From: Candidatus Woesearchaeota archaeon
GTDB lineage: Archaea; Nanobdellota; Nanobdellia; Woesearchaeales; JAGVYF01
NCBI GenBank assembly: GCA_018303425.1
Contig: JAGVYF010000001.1
Coordinates: 3,539-67,538, forward strand
Direction of reading: 5' to 3'
Length of the DNA: 64,000 nt
The notes under the pieces are model-generated. The model was given only the letters and a program-made list of their open reading frames with translations. It did not search any database and was not told the DNA's origin. The position numbers were made by a program, and so were the translations under genes. Of this stretch, positions 21,690-31,615 are shown in pieces; position 1 is the first letter of the stretch, and the number at the start of each line of letters is the position of its first letter.

Positions 21690-22682
21690 TTAGATTACTT
21701 TATTTGATTTTTCAAAATCTTGCATATACCAGTTATAAATCTCTTTTAACCCTTCTTCCAGTGATACTTGCGGTTTAAACCCGGTTAATTGGTATAATAA
21801 AGTTGTATCAGGACAACGTCTTTGAACAGAACCTTGCGGCGCAGGAGATATTTCAAGAACTGGATTTACACCCGCAACTTTAAATAATTTTTTAGCCATG
21901 TCTAACATCGTTGTTTCTTCTTGGCTGTTTCCTATATGGATTACTCTAAAATTGGTATTTCTACTTTCCATAACCATTCTTGTTGCTTTTACACCATCAC
22001 TTATATGACAAAATGCTCTTGTCTCTGAACCCCCTATTATTTTAAAAGGAGTTTCTTTATTTAATATTCTTAAAATGAATTCAGGCATAACATGGTCATA
22101 ACCCATCCTGCTCCCATAAATATTATGATAACGAACAATACTCATATCAAAGTTATATTGGCGGGCATAATTAATAAATAATAATTCACTTAAAATTTTA
22201 CTTCCGGCATATGACCAGCGGGGATTAAATACGTCTTCTATACATAGCGGCACATTTTCAGGGGTAGGAATTGGAATCCCAAATTGAGTCATAGTGCCCG
22301 CATAATTTTCACAAGAGGAAGTTAATAAAATTTTGTTGCATTTTGTTGTTATAAACCAATCTAAAATATTAAAAGAAGATAATGCATTAGCCTTTAATAC
22401 CTGAACCGGAATCTTATAAAAATTTTTTGTCCCATTAATGGCTGCCAGATGATAAACCTGGTTATAATCTGTATCGAGTTTAGATAATTCAGATGGATTA
22501 GTCAAATCACATTTAATAAATGAAACATTATCTTTCTCTAATAATTGTTTTAAATCTTCATCTTCTTTACTTCTTGCAAAATTATCACAAAGCGTAACTT
22601 TATTATCCTTATTTTCCGCCAAGTGTTTACTTAGCGCAAACCCTATAAATCCTGCTCCTCCAGTAACTAATATTTTTGCCAT
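21690..22682 (-). CDS. NAD-dependent nucleotide-sugar epimerase/dehydratase (SDR family)
   Basis: MAKILVTGGAGFIGFAL glycine-rich NAD motif. YxxxK-type SDR. 330 aa. Confidence 0.8.
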   Translation of the reverse strand: MAKILVTGGAGFIGFALSKHLAENKDNKVTLCDNFARSKEDEDLKQLLEKDNVSFIKCDLTNPSELSKLDTDYNQVYHLAAINGTKNFYKIPVQVLKANALSSFNILDWFITTKCNKILLTSSCENYAGTMTQFGIPIPTPENVPLCIEDVFNPRWSYAGSKILSELLFINYARQYNFDMSIVRYHNIYGSRMGYDHVMPEFILRILNKETPFKIIGGSETRAFCHISDGVKATRMVMESRNTNFRVIHIGNSQEETTMLDMAKKLFKVAGVNPVLEISPAPQGSVQRRCPDTTLLYQLTGFKPQVSLEEGLKEIYNWYMQDFEKSNKVI

Positions 22683-22690
22683 TTATATCC

Positions 22691-24013
22691 TCAAATATTT
22701 TGATCTGCTCTGCCAATCCTATAGTATTTAATCCCGCTCCTTGCTTCTATTTGCTGATAATCATGCACATTTCCCCAGCAATCCACTATTAATTGGCCAT
22801 TTTTAAGCTTATCATTCAAAATAACATGCATTAGTCTTGGGTGATTTGTCAAGAATAACACAACATCACAATCAGTAATATTATGATCAATATATTTGTT
22901 AATTTCTAAACCTTGAAATTCTTTTACCAATGGGTCATAACAAACATATTTAACATTTTTACCCATGGAATTTATAGAGTTCATTATTTTTAATGCAGGT
23001 GAACCTCTTAAATCGTCTGTTTCTGGAAAACCTTTGAATGCTAAACCAACTAACGCGATTTTATAACTTTCCTTGTTATTTTTTTCTATGTACTCTTTGA
23101 CAAAATCTGCAACTCTTAATGTAGAAAAATGGCTTTGTGAAATACAACCATCCACCATCGGGGTTTTTACTCCTAATTTTTCTGCAGAATACTTAAATAA
23201 GTATGGGTCTTTTGATAAGCAAGGGCCATCTGCTCCAAGACCGGGTTTAAAAATATGAGTTCGGGAATATGAATTATTTACTGCGTTTACTACATTATCT
23301 GCATCAATACCTATTTTTTCACATAACTGTCCGATTTCATTTGCAAAACCAATATTGATTGCCCTATACATATTATCTATAAGTTTACACATCTCTGCAA
23401 CTGCGGGAGAAGAGACAATTGTTGTTTTACCCCCTAATTTCTTGATTATAGCTTCTGCCTGTCTGCTACTTTCTTCATTTATACCTCCAATAATTTTAGG
23501 CAAAGAATAAAGTTCATGCAATACTTGTCCCTCAATAGTTCGCTCTGGACAAAAAACTAAATAAAAATCTTTTCCAGCTTTTAACCCTGATAATTCTTCT
23601 AGTTTGGGTTTAATTAAATGTTCAGTAGTACCTAAGACTAAAGTTGATTTAAATATTATAACTTGGCCTGTTCTTAAATTTTGTCCTATTTCTTGCACAA
23701 CAGCATTAATTGCGGTATAATTTGGGAGATTATTCTCATCTACGGGAGTACCCACGGTTACAAAAATTCCATCTGCCCGTTTCAGCGCATCTGAAGAGTT
23801 AGTAGTGTATTCAATTTTATCTTTACATTCTTCTAAAGTCCCTGCTAACCCGGGTTCATAAAAAGGCAGTTTCATCTTTTTTAAATTTTCAATTTTGTTT
23901 TTATCAATATCTACACCTATGATATTAAATCCAACGTTTGCTAAAGTTGCGCTTAAAGGTAACCCTATATATCCCAATCCTAAAACTGCTAATATTTTAT
24001 GTTGATATGACAT
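22691..24013 (-). CDS. UDP-N-acetyl-hexosamine 6-dehydrogenase (WecC/WbpA/Cap5O-like nucleotide sugar dehydrogenase)
   Basis: KILAVLGLGYIGLPLSATLA...IGVDID N-terminus typical of the UDP-ManNAc/GlcNAc dehydrogenase subfamily. 440 aa. Confidence 0.75.
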   Translation of the reverse strand: MSYQHKILAVLGLGYIGLPLSATLANVGFNIIGVDIDKNKIENLKKMKLPFYEPGLAGTLEECKDKIEYTTNSSDALKRADGIFVTVGTPVDENNLPNYTAINAVVQEIGQNLRTGQVIIFKSTLVLGTTEHLIKPKLEELSGLKAGKDFYLVFCPERTIEGQVLHELYSLPKIIGGINEESSRQAEAIIKKLGGKTTIVSSPAVAEMCKLIDNMYRAINIGFANEIGQLCEKIGIDADNVVNAVNNSYSRTHIFKPGLGADGPCLSKDPYLFKYSAEKLGVKTPMVDGCISQSHFSTLRVADFVKEYIEKNNKESYKIALVGLAFKGFPETDDLRGSPALKIMNSINSMGKNVKYVCYDPLVKEFQGLEINKYIDHNITDCDVVLFLTNHPRLMHVILNDKLKNGQLIVDCWGNVHDYQQIEARSGIKYYRIGRADQNI

Positions 24014-24157
24014 AATACAACCCTTTTCGTGATACTTTCACAGCTTATTTAAATATTATTATCCTATAGTAATGAATTAATAATAAATAAATCTTATAGT
24101 GGCGAATCAGTAATAAATAAAGTTAATCTTATAAAGTAAGTTTAATAACTTTAATTC

Positions 24158-25582
24158 ATGTCAGTCGCCAGAAGAATAGCCAAAAATACCTTTTCATTGA
24201 CAGTGGGTGAATTAGTTAGTAAAGCTTTGCTTTTCTTTTTAACTGTGTTAATTGCGAGATATTTAGGCAGTGCTGGATTGGGCAATTATTCGTTCGCAAT
24301 ATCATTCACAGTTTTGTTTTATATGTTAGCTGACATGGGATTAAATAAATTAGCATTAAGAGATTTACCACGAGACAAAACTAAGCTTGGTCAATACTTT
24401 TACAATATCCTAACAATTAAATTTTTCTTATCAATCATCACATTCGTTGCAATAGTGCTTAGTATAAACTTAACCAACCAGCCATATGAAATCAAACTAA
24501 TTGTATATCTCGCAGGTATTTATATGATAATTAGTGAGTCTATAGCAACATTATTCAGGAATGTTTTCGTTTCATTTGAACAGGTAGAATATGAAGCGCT
24601 TGTCACCATAATTGAAAAAATCTTAATTTTTGCACTTGGTTACATATCACTAATCAAGTCCCAAAGTTTATTTTGGCTATTTGTAATGTTTTTAATCGCA
24701 GGAATCATAAAAGCAATAATCGGTTTCATTATTATTATTTACAAGTTTAAACCTAAGTTCTCAATTAATTTTAAAGCCTTTTTACCTTTGATTAAAAATG
24801 CATTTCCATTTAGTTTAACTTATTTATTAGCAACAGTTTACATTAAAGTTGATATTACAATGTTAACTCTCATGAGAAATAGTACTGAAGTTGGCTGGTA
24901 CACTGCAGCTGCTAACTTAATATTTGCTCTTGTTATAATTCCTGCTGTATTTATGAGAGCAGTATTTCCTAATATGACAAGATATTATAAAACTGATAAA
25001 ACGGCATTTATAAGAAGCTGTAGATTGTCATTAAAATATCTAATAATAGTAGGCATGCCTATTTGCATTGGCGGCATAATAACCTCAAAACAGTTAATCA
25101 AATTAATATACGGAGAAGGATTTTCAGAATCAACAATTGCTTTCCAAATTTTACTTGTATTTTTATTTTTATATTTCATTAAATGGGCTTTAAACATTGC
25201 ATTATATGCTGCAGATTTAGAGAAAAAAGTAGTGTGGTCATATTTAGTAGGACTTTTAGTTAATGTTGGACTTAATTTTATTTTAATCCCCATTTGGAGT
25301 TATATAGGGGCAGGAATTACAACAATTATTACTGAGATGATTGTAGTTACTGTAATCTATCACTACTTCATTACAAGAATCAGCAGATTAGTTATCCAAG
25401 ACTATTTAATTAAACCATTAATAAGCGTAGCTATTATGGGATTTGTTATATACTTCCTAGATGAAGCCCCAATTTTGTTAACAATTCTGATAGGAGGAAT
25501 TGTTTATACAATTTCAATTTTATTTTTAAAAACATTAGACAATGAAGATAAAAGATTAATCAGGCAAGTATTAAAAGTTTAA
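24158..25582 (+). CDS. Wzx-type oligosaccharide flippase (MOP superfamily)
   Basis: About 12-14 TM helices. N-terminal IAKNTFSLTVGELVSKALLFFLTVLIARYLG typical of polysaccharide biosynthesis/Wzx proteins. Confidence 0.7.
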   Translation: MSVARRIAKNTFSLTVGELVSKALLFFLTVLIARYLGSAGLGNYSFAISFTVLFYMLADMGLNKLALRDLPRDKTKLGQYFYNILTIKFFLSIITFVAIVLSINLTNQPYEIKLIVYLAGIYMIISESIATLFRNVFVSFEQVEYEALVTIIEKILIFALGYISLIKSQSLFWLFVMFLIAGIIKAIIGFIIIIYKFKPKFSINFKAFLPLIKNAFPFSLTYLLATVYIKVDITMLTLMRNSTEVGWYTAAANLIFALVIIPAVFMRAVFPNMTRYYKTDKTAFIRSCRLSLKYLIIVGMPICIGGIITSKQLIKLIYGEGFSESTIAFQILLVFLFLYFIKWALNIALYAADLEKKVVWSYLVGLLVNVGLNFILIPIWSYIGAGITTIITEMIVVTVIYHYFITRISRLVIQDYLIKPLISVAIMGFVIYFLDEAPILLTILIGGIVYTISILFLKTLDNEDKRLIRQVLKV

Positions 25583-28312
25583 AAAAGATAAAATTTGTGA
25601 AACTGCATCTTCTATCTCGATATTGGTTGTATTTATAATTAGGTTGGCATTTTGCGGTGCCTCATAAGGGTTAGACTCGCTAAAACCAATTAAATTTGTA
25701 ATCTCGCCATTCTTTGCTTTCTCATATAAACCTTTAACATCTCTTTTGGCGCATTCTTCTAAAGGGGTGCTAATAAATAATTCTATAAAATTTTCACCAA
25801 TTAAGTTTCTTGCCATTTCCCTATTCTCTTTGTAAGGGGAGATAATCGGCACAAGAATAAAATCAAATTTTGACTCTTTTTGTTTACATAATTCTGCAAT
25901 TAATTTATTATTCATATAGATGTCTTCTCTTGAAAATCCTAAACTTTTATGCAATGTATTTCGTATAACGTCCCCATCAATAATTTCGGTTTTTTTCCTT
26001 TCAGATTCCAATTTCTTTTTTAACTCTAAAGCAATGGTAGTTTTACCTGAACCGCTCAAACCTGTAAACCAAATAACTTTTGCATTCCTTTTAAATGAAA
26101 CGAAAACTTCTTTATCTTCTTTAATAGCTTCAAGTAACATATTGGATATTTCAGGCCTCATAAACCATGAGGGGGGTTGAACATAATTTATTAACATATT
26201 TCTTGCTTGAGTTCCACTAATCTGAAGCTTATCTTCTTCAGTAAATTGCATTTCTTTTTCATGAATATGTGAATCTAATGATTTTGAATAAAACACTTTG
26301 TCATATATTATTGGCTGAATGCCCAGATCTGGAAATTTATCAAATATTTCATGAGATGCACGCGGGTGATAAAAATCTTTTACGCCCGTATGATCTCTCC
26401 CTACTATAAAATGACTACATCCAAAATTTTTTCTGCAAATTGCAGTGAATATTGCTTCTCTCGGACCGGCATACCTCGAAAATGTAGAAAATGTTCCAAA
26501 TACAACTTTACCTTTAGGATAAATATTTGCCATTAGTTCATAACTTTTGATTATGAATTCTGAATTAAAATCCCCTTCTTTCTTTTGACCAATAATTGGA
26601 TGAATAAATAAACCATCGGCATGTACTTTATACATCGCATCCATTTGCAAAAATTCGTGGCTTCTATGGATAGCATTCCTTGTATGAAAACCTACAATCT
26701 TACTCCAACCTTTTTCCTCAAATATTTTTCTTGCTTGAGAAGGAGTTAGTTCATATTCTTTAAATTTAGAAGGTTTTCTTTTAATTAGGGTAATTTTGCC
26801 TCCTACTAAATATTCATCCATTTTATTTAGCATAATTACTCCTGGATGTTCTATCGAAGTAGTTCCAAACCACTTAACTGCAATTTCATTTTTATTATAA
26901 GTATAAATCTCTTCAACATCAAACAATGCCACAACTTCATCTTCAAACATTAACCCCACTTGTTGACCCTGCAAAAGTTCATTCGCAGTTTGAGAATTAA
27001 TATCAAACAAAATAGGTATGGTCCAAACGACCCCTGTTGAAAGTCTCATATTATTTAAAACAGAATCGAGCTCTTTTTGAGTCATGAATCCTTCTATGGG
27101 ACTAAAAGCACCAATTGCAATTTGTTCTGCGTCCATATATTTATTTTCGTCAATTTTAATTTTGTATAAGCTATCAATATAATTTTGAGATAAAGCTTTC
27201 TTTAACATACGATTTACTAATCTGCCTCCGTGCGCTTTAACCAAGTTTCCTGCAATGGTCTCACTAGAAATATAATTTAATTCCTCCAATCTTTTTAAAA
27301 CCGAATCGCCATTATCAATATCAATATTCGTTACTAATTCAGAATGCTCAACTAACTTAGCCAGCATTTTAACACATTCAAGAGGATATTTTCCTACTGC
27401 CGTTTCACCTGCCAGAACTAAACCTTTGGCACCATCCAAAATAGTGTTAATAACATCATTAGCTTCAGCCCTTGTTGGAGTTCTTTTTTCACTCATTGAT
27501 TCTAGAAGGTTAGTTGCAACAAAAACCGGAATTTTAAAATTTGAAGCAGTTTTAATAATAATTTTTTGAGTTAAGGGAATACGTTCAATAGAGATTTCTT
27601 TTGATAAATCTCCTCTATCGATTAAAATAAAATCCGAAAGTTCAATAATTTCATTTAAATTCGCCAAAGCTTTTTTACTTTCCACTTTAGAGATTATTTT
27701 GACTTTATTTCCTAAAACCTTTTTAACTTCTTTAACATCATCACTTGAATTCATAAAAGAAGCAGCAACATACTTAATTCCGTTTTCGATAGAATATCTT
27801 AATATTTCTTTATCTTGTTCAGAAAGCGAGGGCAATTCTCTTTTAACACCATACCTATCAGTTACTACGACACTTTTATTTCTACCCATTACCCCCCCAT
27901 TAACAACTTTTGCTCTAACTTTATCACCGATTATTTCTATTACTGAAAGAAGCAATGCATCAAAATCAATTGAAATCATATCTCCTGGCTCAAGTTGTTT
28001 TACCATTTCACTGGGCCAAAGATTAATCTCTTTATTGTTGCCTCTGATATTACAACCTGTAATTAATACATAATCACCCTCTTCAAAAGCAGCAACAGAT
28101 TTTTCTAAATCCCCTGTTCTAACCTGGGCACCCGCAGTATCAATAATCAATGGAACACCAACTTGTTCGCACAATGGAATTGCTTTTTTGACATAATCTA
28201 ATCCAACATGAGAAGTATTAATTCTTGCAAAAGTCATTCCGCTAGCTTTCATCTCCTGCAATATTTCAACAGTATCACAACTGGGGCCGAGTGTACAAAC
28301 AATGTCAACCAT
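25571..28312 (-). CDS. trifunctional fusion: pyruvate-kinase-like domain + sulfate adenylyltransferase (ATP sulfurylase) + adenylylsulfate kinase
   Basis: N-terminal DIVCTLGP...ARINTSHV...DTAGAQVRTG...IISKVESK...IDRGDLSKEI...TPTRAEANDV...AGETAVGKYP (PK barrel motifs). Middle GFHTRNAIHRSHE...GRDHTGV (ATP sulfurylase). C-terminal VIWFTGLSGSGKTT (CysC P-loop). Confidence 0.8.
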   Translation of the reverse strand: MVDIVCTLGPSCDTVEILQEMKASGMTFARINTSHVGLDYVKKAIPLCEQVGVPLIIDTAGAQVRTGDLEKSVAAFEEGDYVLITGCNIRGNNKEINLWPSEMVKQLEPGDMISIDFDALLLSVIEIIGDKVRAKVVNGGVMGRNKSVVVTDRYGVKRELPSLSEQDKEILRYSIENGIKYVAASFMNSSDDVKEVKKVLGNKVKIISKVESKKALANLNEIIELSDFILIDRGDLSKEISIERIPLTQKIIIKTASNFKIPVFVATNLLESMSEKRTPTRAEANDVINTILDGAKGLVLAGETAVGKYPLECVKMLAKLVEHSELVTNIDIDNGDSVLKRLEELNYISSETIAGNLVKAHGGRLVNRMLKKALSQNYIDSLYKIKIDENKYMDAEQIAIGAFSPIEGFMTQKELDSVLNNMRLSTGVVWTIPILFDINSQTANELLQGQQVGLMFEDEVVALFDVEEIYTYNKNEIAVKWFGTTSIEHPGVIMLNKMDEYLVGGKITLIKRKPSKFKEYELTPSQARKIFEEKGWSKIVGFHTRNAIHRSHEFLQMDAMYKVHADGLFIHPIIGQKKEGDFNSEFIIKSYELMANIYPKGKVVFGTFSTFSRYAGPREAIFTAICRKNFGCSHFIVGRDHTGVKDFYHPRASHEIFDKFPDLGIQPIIYDKVFYSKSLDSHIHEKEMQFTEEDKLQISGTQARNMLINYVQPPSWFMRPEISNMLLEAIKEDKEVFVSFKRNAKVIWFTGLSGSGKTTIALELKKKLESERKKTEIIDGDVIRNTLHKSLGFSREDIYMNNKLIAELCKQKESKFDFILVPIISPYKENREMARNLIGENFIELFISTPLEECAKRDVKGLYEKAKNGEITNLIGFSESNPYEAPQNANLIINTTNIEIEDAVSQILSFLNF

Positions 28313-29708
28313 TATTAATTATCCTTCCCCGAAAATCTTCAGATTTATTTATCCCAAATATTGATAAAATTGTCGGGGTTACATCGTATATGCTAATTTG
28401 GCCAATATCGCCCAAATTAGGAGTCGCTGGTCCTGCCATTACAAAAGTTCCCAATGGGGCATGTCCTGCATCATCACTTCCTGTTGTAGTCGCCCATGAA
28501 TATAACCCTTCATTACCAACATCATTATTAACACCGCATTTGAGATTATCAAAATATATCATAATATCCGGTGATTCTTCTGCAAACTCACCATGATATA
28601 TTTCCTGGGGCAAGTAAATTTTATTGTCCATTTTATTCCCATTATCATCCTTGATTAGTTTTAATTTGTCTGAAATTTCTTTCTGCAACAAATCATATTC
28701 TTCAAGTGTAACTATTCCTTCTGGCTCACGGCCTTCTAAATTGAAATATAATCTTGCAAAATATGCCCCCACTGAAAATACTCTAGTTTTTGACCAATCG
28801 ATATTAGACATTTTTAGTTTGACTGGTTCAGTTAATTTTTGTTTTAAAACTAAATAGCCTTCTTTTATTAACCAGTCATTCATATTAAACCTGCAATTCA
28901 TTTTATCCATCCCGTGGTCAGAAGAAACAATTATATTTACATCATCCGGCAATATTTCTAAAATCTTACCAAGTTGCGTATCTATATATTTAAAATAATC
29001 AATTAAAACCGTTTTGTATTTTGTATCTCCTTTATAATACCGGTGACTTTTATCTATATAACTCCAAAAATAATGTTCCAACCTATCTGAACCAATTAAA
29101 ACACAGGTAATAAAATTCCATTGCTTATTTTTTATAGCATCAAAAACTAAATCAAAATTTTGCTTAGTCATCTTATAAACTTTTTCAATCAATTCATCTT
29201 TTCCTTCAGTTTTATAAGAAGCCAGACCTACATTAACATCAAACATATAATTCGGAATTTTTTGCTTAATTTCTTCAAGGTAAGATATGGGGTAAATACT
29301 TTTTTCATCTAAATCCGGAGCTAAAAAACCAGATACCAGATGACAATTAGGAAATTGTTTTTCAATGGGATATATTAAAGGCACATTTAATACAATGCTT
29401 TTTAAGTTATTTTTTGATAAAATTTCCCATATCATTTCTGTTCTTACATCTTTTGAGCTCACAAGTCTTGAAGCAGAATATGCAAAACCATCCCTAATTG
29501 TATAACTATAAACACCATGTTGACTTGGGTCCTTCCCTGAAAAAAGACTAGTCCAAGCAACGCAAGTTGAGGGGGGCACTGTAGTCTCAATTTTTGCGTA
29601 TAAACCCCTTTGCATTAATTTTTTAAGATTAGGCAAATCTTTTAGCCACTCACCAAAAACATATTGCGGCGGGGCTCCATCAATCCCTAAAAGAAATAAT
29701 TTAGTCAT
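28305..29708 (-). CDS. alkaline-phosphatase-superfamily protein (type I phosphodiesterase/nucleotide pyrophosphatase family)
   Basis: LLGIDGAPPQY...TTVPPSTCVAWTSLFSGKDPSQHGV (Thr-nucleophile NPP-like motif). DHG region. No TM helix. Confidence 0.6.
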   Translation of the reverse strand: MTKLFLLGIDGAPPQYVFGEWLKDLPNLKKLMQRGLYAKIETTVPPSTCVAWTSLFSGKDPSQHGVYSYTIRDGFAYSASRLVSSKDVRTEMIWEILSKNNLKSIVLNVPLIYPIEKQFPNCHLVSGFLAPDLDEKSIYPISYLEEIKQKIPNYMFDVNVGLASYKTEGKDELIEKVYKMTKQNFDLVFDAIKNKQWNFITCVLIGSDRLEHYFWSYIDKSHRYYKGDTKYKTVLIDYFKYIDTQLGKILEILPDDVNIIVSSDHGMDKMNCRFNMNDWLIKEGYLVLKQKLTEPVKLKMSNIDWSKTRVFSVGAYFARLYFNLEGREPEGIVTLEEYDLLQKEISDKLKLIKDDNGNKMDNKIYLPQEIYHGEFAEESPDIMIYFDNLKCGVNNDVGNEGLYSWATTTGSDDAGHAPLGTFVMAGPATPNLGDIGQISIYDVTPTILSIFGINKSEDFRGRIINNG

Positions 29709-29711
29709 TTT

Positions 29712-29963
29712 TTAATCCAAATAGCCCAAACTTCTTAATCTCTCTTTAACTTTTTTTTCGTCTTCTTCTGAAAATGCTTCCTTCATTTCAGTTTTTTTTT
29801 CAACGGATTCGGCATTAGAAAGAACTTGTCTTAAAACATAAGTAACATAACTTGAAACTGAATTAAAGCCTGTTCCTTCCATCCTTTTTTTAATTTTATC
29901 TGCTAATACTTTTGGTACTGAGATAGTAGTTATATTTGATTCACTCATAATAATCCCCCCCAT
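29712..29963 (-). CDS. ribbon-helix-helix (CopG-like) DNA-binding protein
   Basis: TISVPKVLADKIKKRM...SVSSYVTYVLRQVL fits a beta-strand/helix/helix RHH pattern. 83 aa. Tandem repeats in its upstream region. Confidence 0.5.
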   Translation of the reverse strand: MGGIIMSESNITTISVPKVLADKIKKRMEGTGFNSVSSYVTYVLRQVLSNAESVEKKTEMKEAFSEEDEKKVKERLRSLGYLD

Positions 29964-29972
29964 ACTAATTAC

Positions 29973-30006
29973 ATTTAATTGTATTTAATTGATTTATATG
30001 ATTTAT
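29973..30006. promoter_or_regulatory. tandem 10-bp-phased repeats ATTTAATTG x2 and GATTTAT x2 in divergent RHH/AlkP intergenic region
   Basis: ATTTAATTG at 29973-81 and 29983-91. GATTTAT at 29991-97 and 30000-06. Located 10-45 nt upstream of the RHH start on the minus strand. Confidence 0.4.
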
Positions 30007-30067
30007 TATTCTGCAAAATCTATTATCTTGTCCTATAATCTTTAAAAAAGCTTTAGAGAATAGGGGT

Positions 30068-31615
30068 ATGATGAAAAAAAGACTAGCAGTATTTGGGATG
30101 GATGGATCTCGTTTGGATGTAGTAAAAAAATGGGTAGACATTGGGTATCTTCCAACAATTAAAAAAATTATTGAAAAGGGAGTGTCTGGAGAAATAAAAA
30201 GTTTACTGCCCGGACCGCATTCATTTTCGGCATGGACCTCCTTTGCAACAGGCACCAATCCGGGCAAACATGGTTTGTGTTACCCTGTTGTGCCTGATTT
30301 TAAAAACCAAAAGTTGCAATTCATTAACTCCACACATATAAAAAACAAAAAAATTTGGAACTATTTGTCAGAGGATGGTAAAGTTGTTGGAATAATGGAT
30401 TTACCTATTCTCTATCCCGTAGAACCTTTAAACGGTATAATGGTTTCATCATGGGGTACGCCTGCACTTGAAAGTGAATATACTTATCCCGGTGATATTA
30501 AACATATAATGGACAATTTTGAAGCCGGAACAATTGCAAACTGCTATGAAAGATCAAATCAGGCTTTGAATAATTTATATCGGGCCACCAATCAAAAATT
30601 TAACTCAATTAAATGGTTTTTTAATAATTATGATTGGGATTTTTTTGCTAATGATTTTATTGAACCGGAACTATTGCATCATCTTTATTCACCTTATCTA
30701 GATATAACACATGAACAGTATAATCCCAATTATGAAACTATTATTCGGGATTACTATATAAAAATGGATAAATTCTTCGCAGAAATTCTTCAAATGTATC
30801 CCGAATTAAATATAATCATAATGTCAGATCACGGACATTGCGCAAATAAGGAATATGTTTATGTAAATAATATCTTAGCAAAATATGATTTTTTTTATAA
30901 AAGTAAAATCAATGTTTCTCAAAAAAATAAAGTTTATCATGGCATAATTAAACAGTTAACAAATTTATATCTCCAAATTCCCATTTCAGTCAAAAAAGAA
31001 TTTAATAAATTAATTCCTAAATTTTTCGCGGATAAAGTAAAACACAAAAAAACATTAGACATTAATTGGGATAAAAGTATTGCATTTTGCTTACAATTAG
31101 GAATGGTATATATAAATCGGTCATATGGTGATATTCAAAATGGAAAAATAAGTGTAGAAGATACGACGCATAAAGTTTTTGAAGCATTAAAAAATGATGA
31201 AATTATGAAAACAAAAGTAAGAGGGCTCTATTTAAAAAAAGACCTGTTTAATGGGCAAAATCAAGATACGTTGCCGGATATAGTTATTGATTTTTATGAT
31301 GATTACAAGATTAATACAGGAACGCCGGAAAATATTTTTAGTGAAAAGATTAAAAGTAATCAACCAACAAGCCACACAATGGATGCTATGTTTTTAGCTT
31401 ATGGTCCAGAATTTAAAGAAGGCTTAAAAATTAAAGGCCGGAGTATAATGGACATAATGCCCACAATTATGCATTTTTTTAATTTACACATTCCTAAAGA
31501 AGTAGACGGGGTAATTATGAAAGAGATTTTTAAAAAATTTGAAGACAATAAAATAAAAGTCAAAGGGAGAGAAGAGTTAATACTGAATCAAGCAATAAAA
31601 GGAGTTAGGATATGA
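30068..31615 (+). CDS. alkaline-phosphatase-superfamily protein (type I phosphodiesterase/nucleotide pyrophosphatase family)
   Basis: LAVFGMDGSRLD...LLPGPHSFSAWTSFATGTNPGKHGL. MSDHGH metal motif. Paralogous to 28305..29708. Confidence 0.6.
   Translation: MMKKRLAVFGMDGSRLDVVKKWVDIGYLPTIKKIIEKGVSGEIKSLLPGPHSFSAWTSFATGTNPGKHGLCYPVVPDFKNQKLQFINSTHIKNKKIWNYLSEDGKVVGIMDLPILYPVEPLNGIMVSSWGTPALESEYTYPGDIKHIMDNFEAGTIANCYERSNQALNNLYRATNQKFNSIKWFFNNYDWDFFANDFIEPELLHHLYSPYLDITHEQYNPNYETIIRDYYIKMDKFFAEILQMYPELNIIIMSDHGHCANKEYVYVNNILAKYDFFYKSKINVSQKNKVYHGIIKQLTNLYLQIPISVKKEFNKLIPKFFADKVKHKKTLDINWDKSIAFCLQLGMVYINRSYGDIQNGKISVEDTTHKVFEALKNDEIMKTKVRGLYLKKDLFNGQNQDTLPDIVIDFYDDYKINTGTPENIFSEKIKSNQPTSHTMDAMFLAYGPEFKEGLKIKGRSIMDIMPTIMHFFNLHIPKEVDGVIMKEIFKKFEDNKIKVKGREELILNQAIKGVRI

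Noticed and set aside
29965-30267. ORF 29965..30267 (-, 100 aa) overlapping the RHH promoter and AlkP gene start
   Set aside because: Antisense to a confidently called CDS. No motif.
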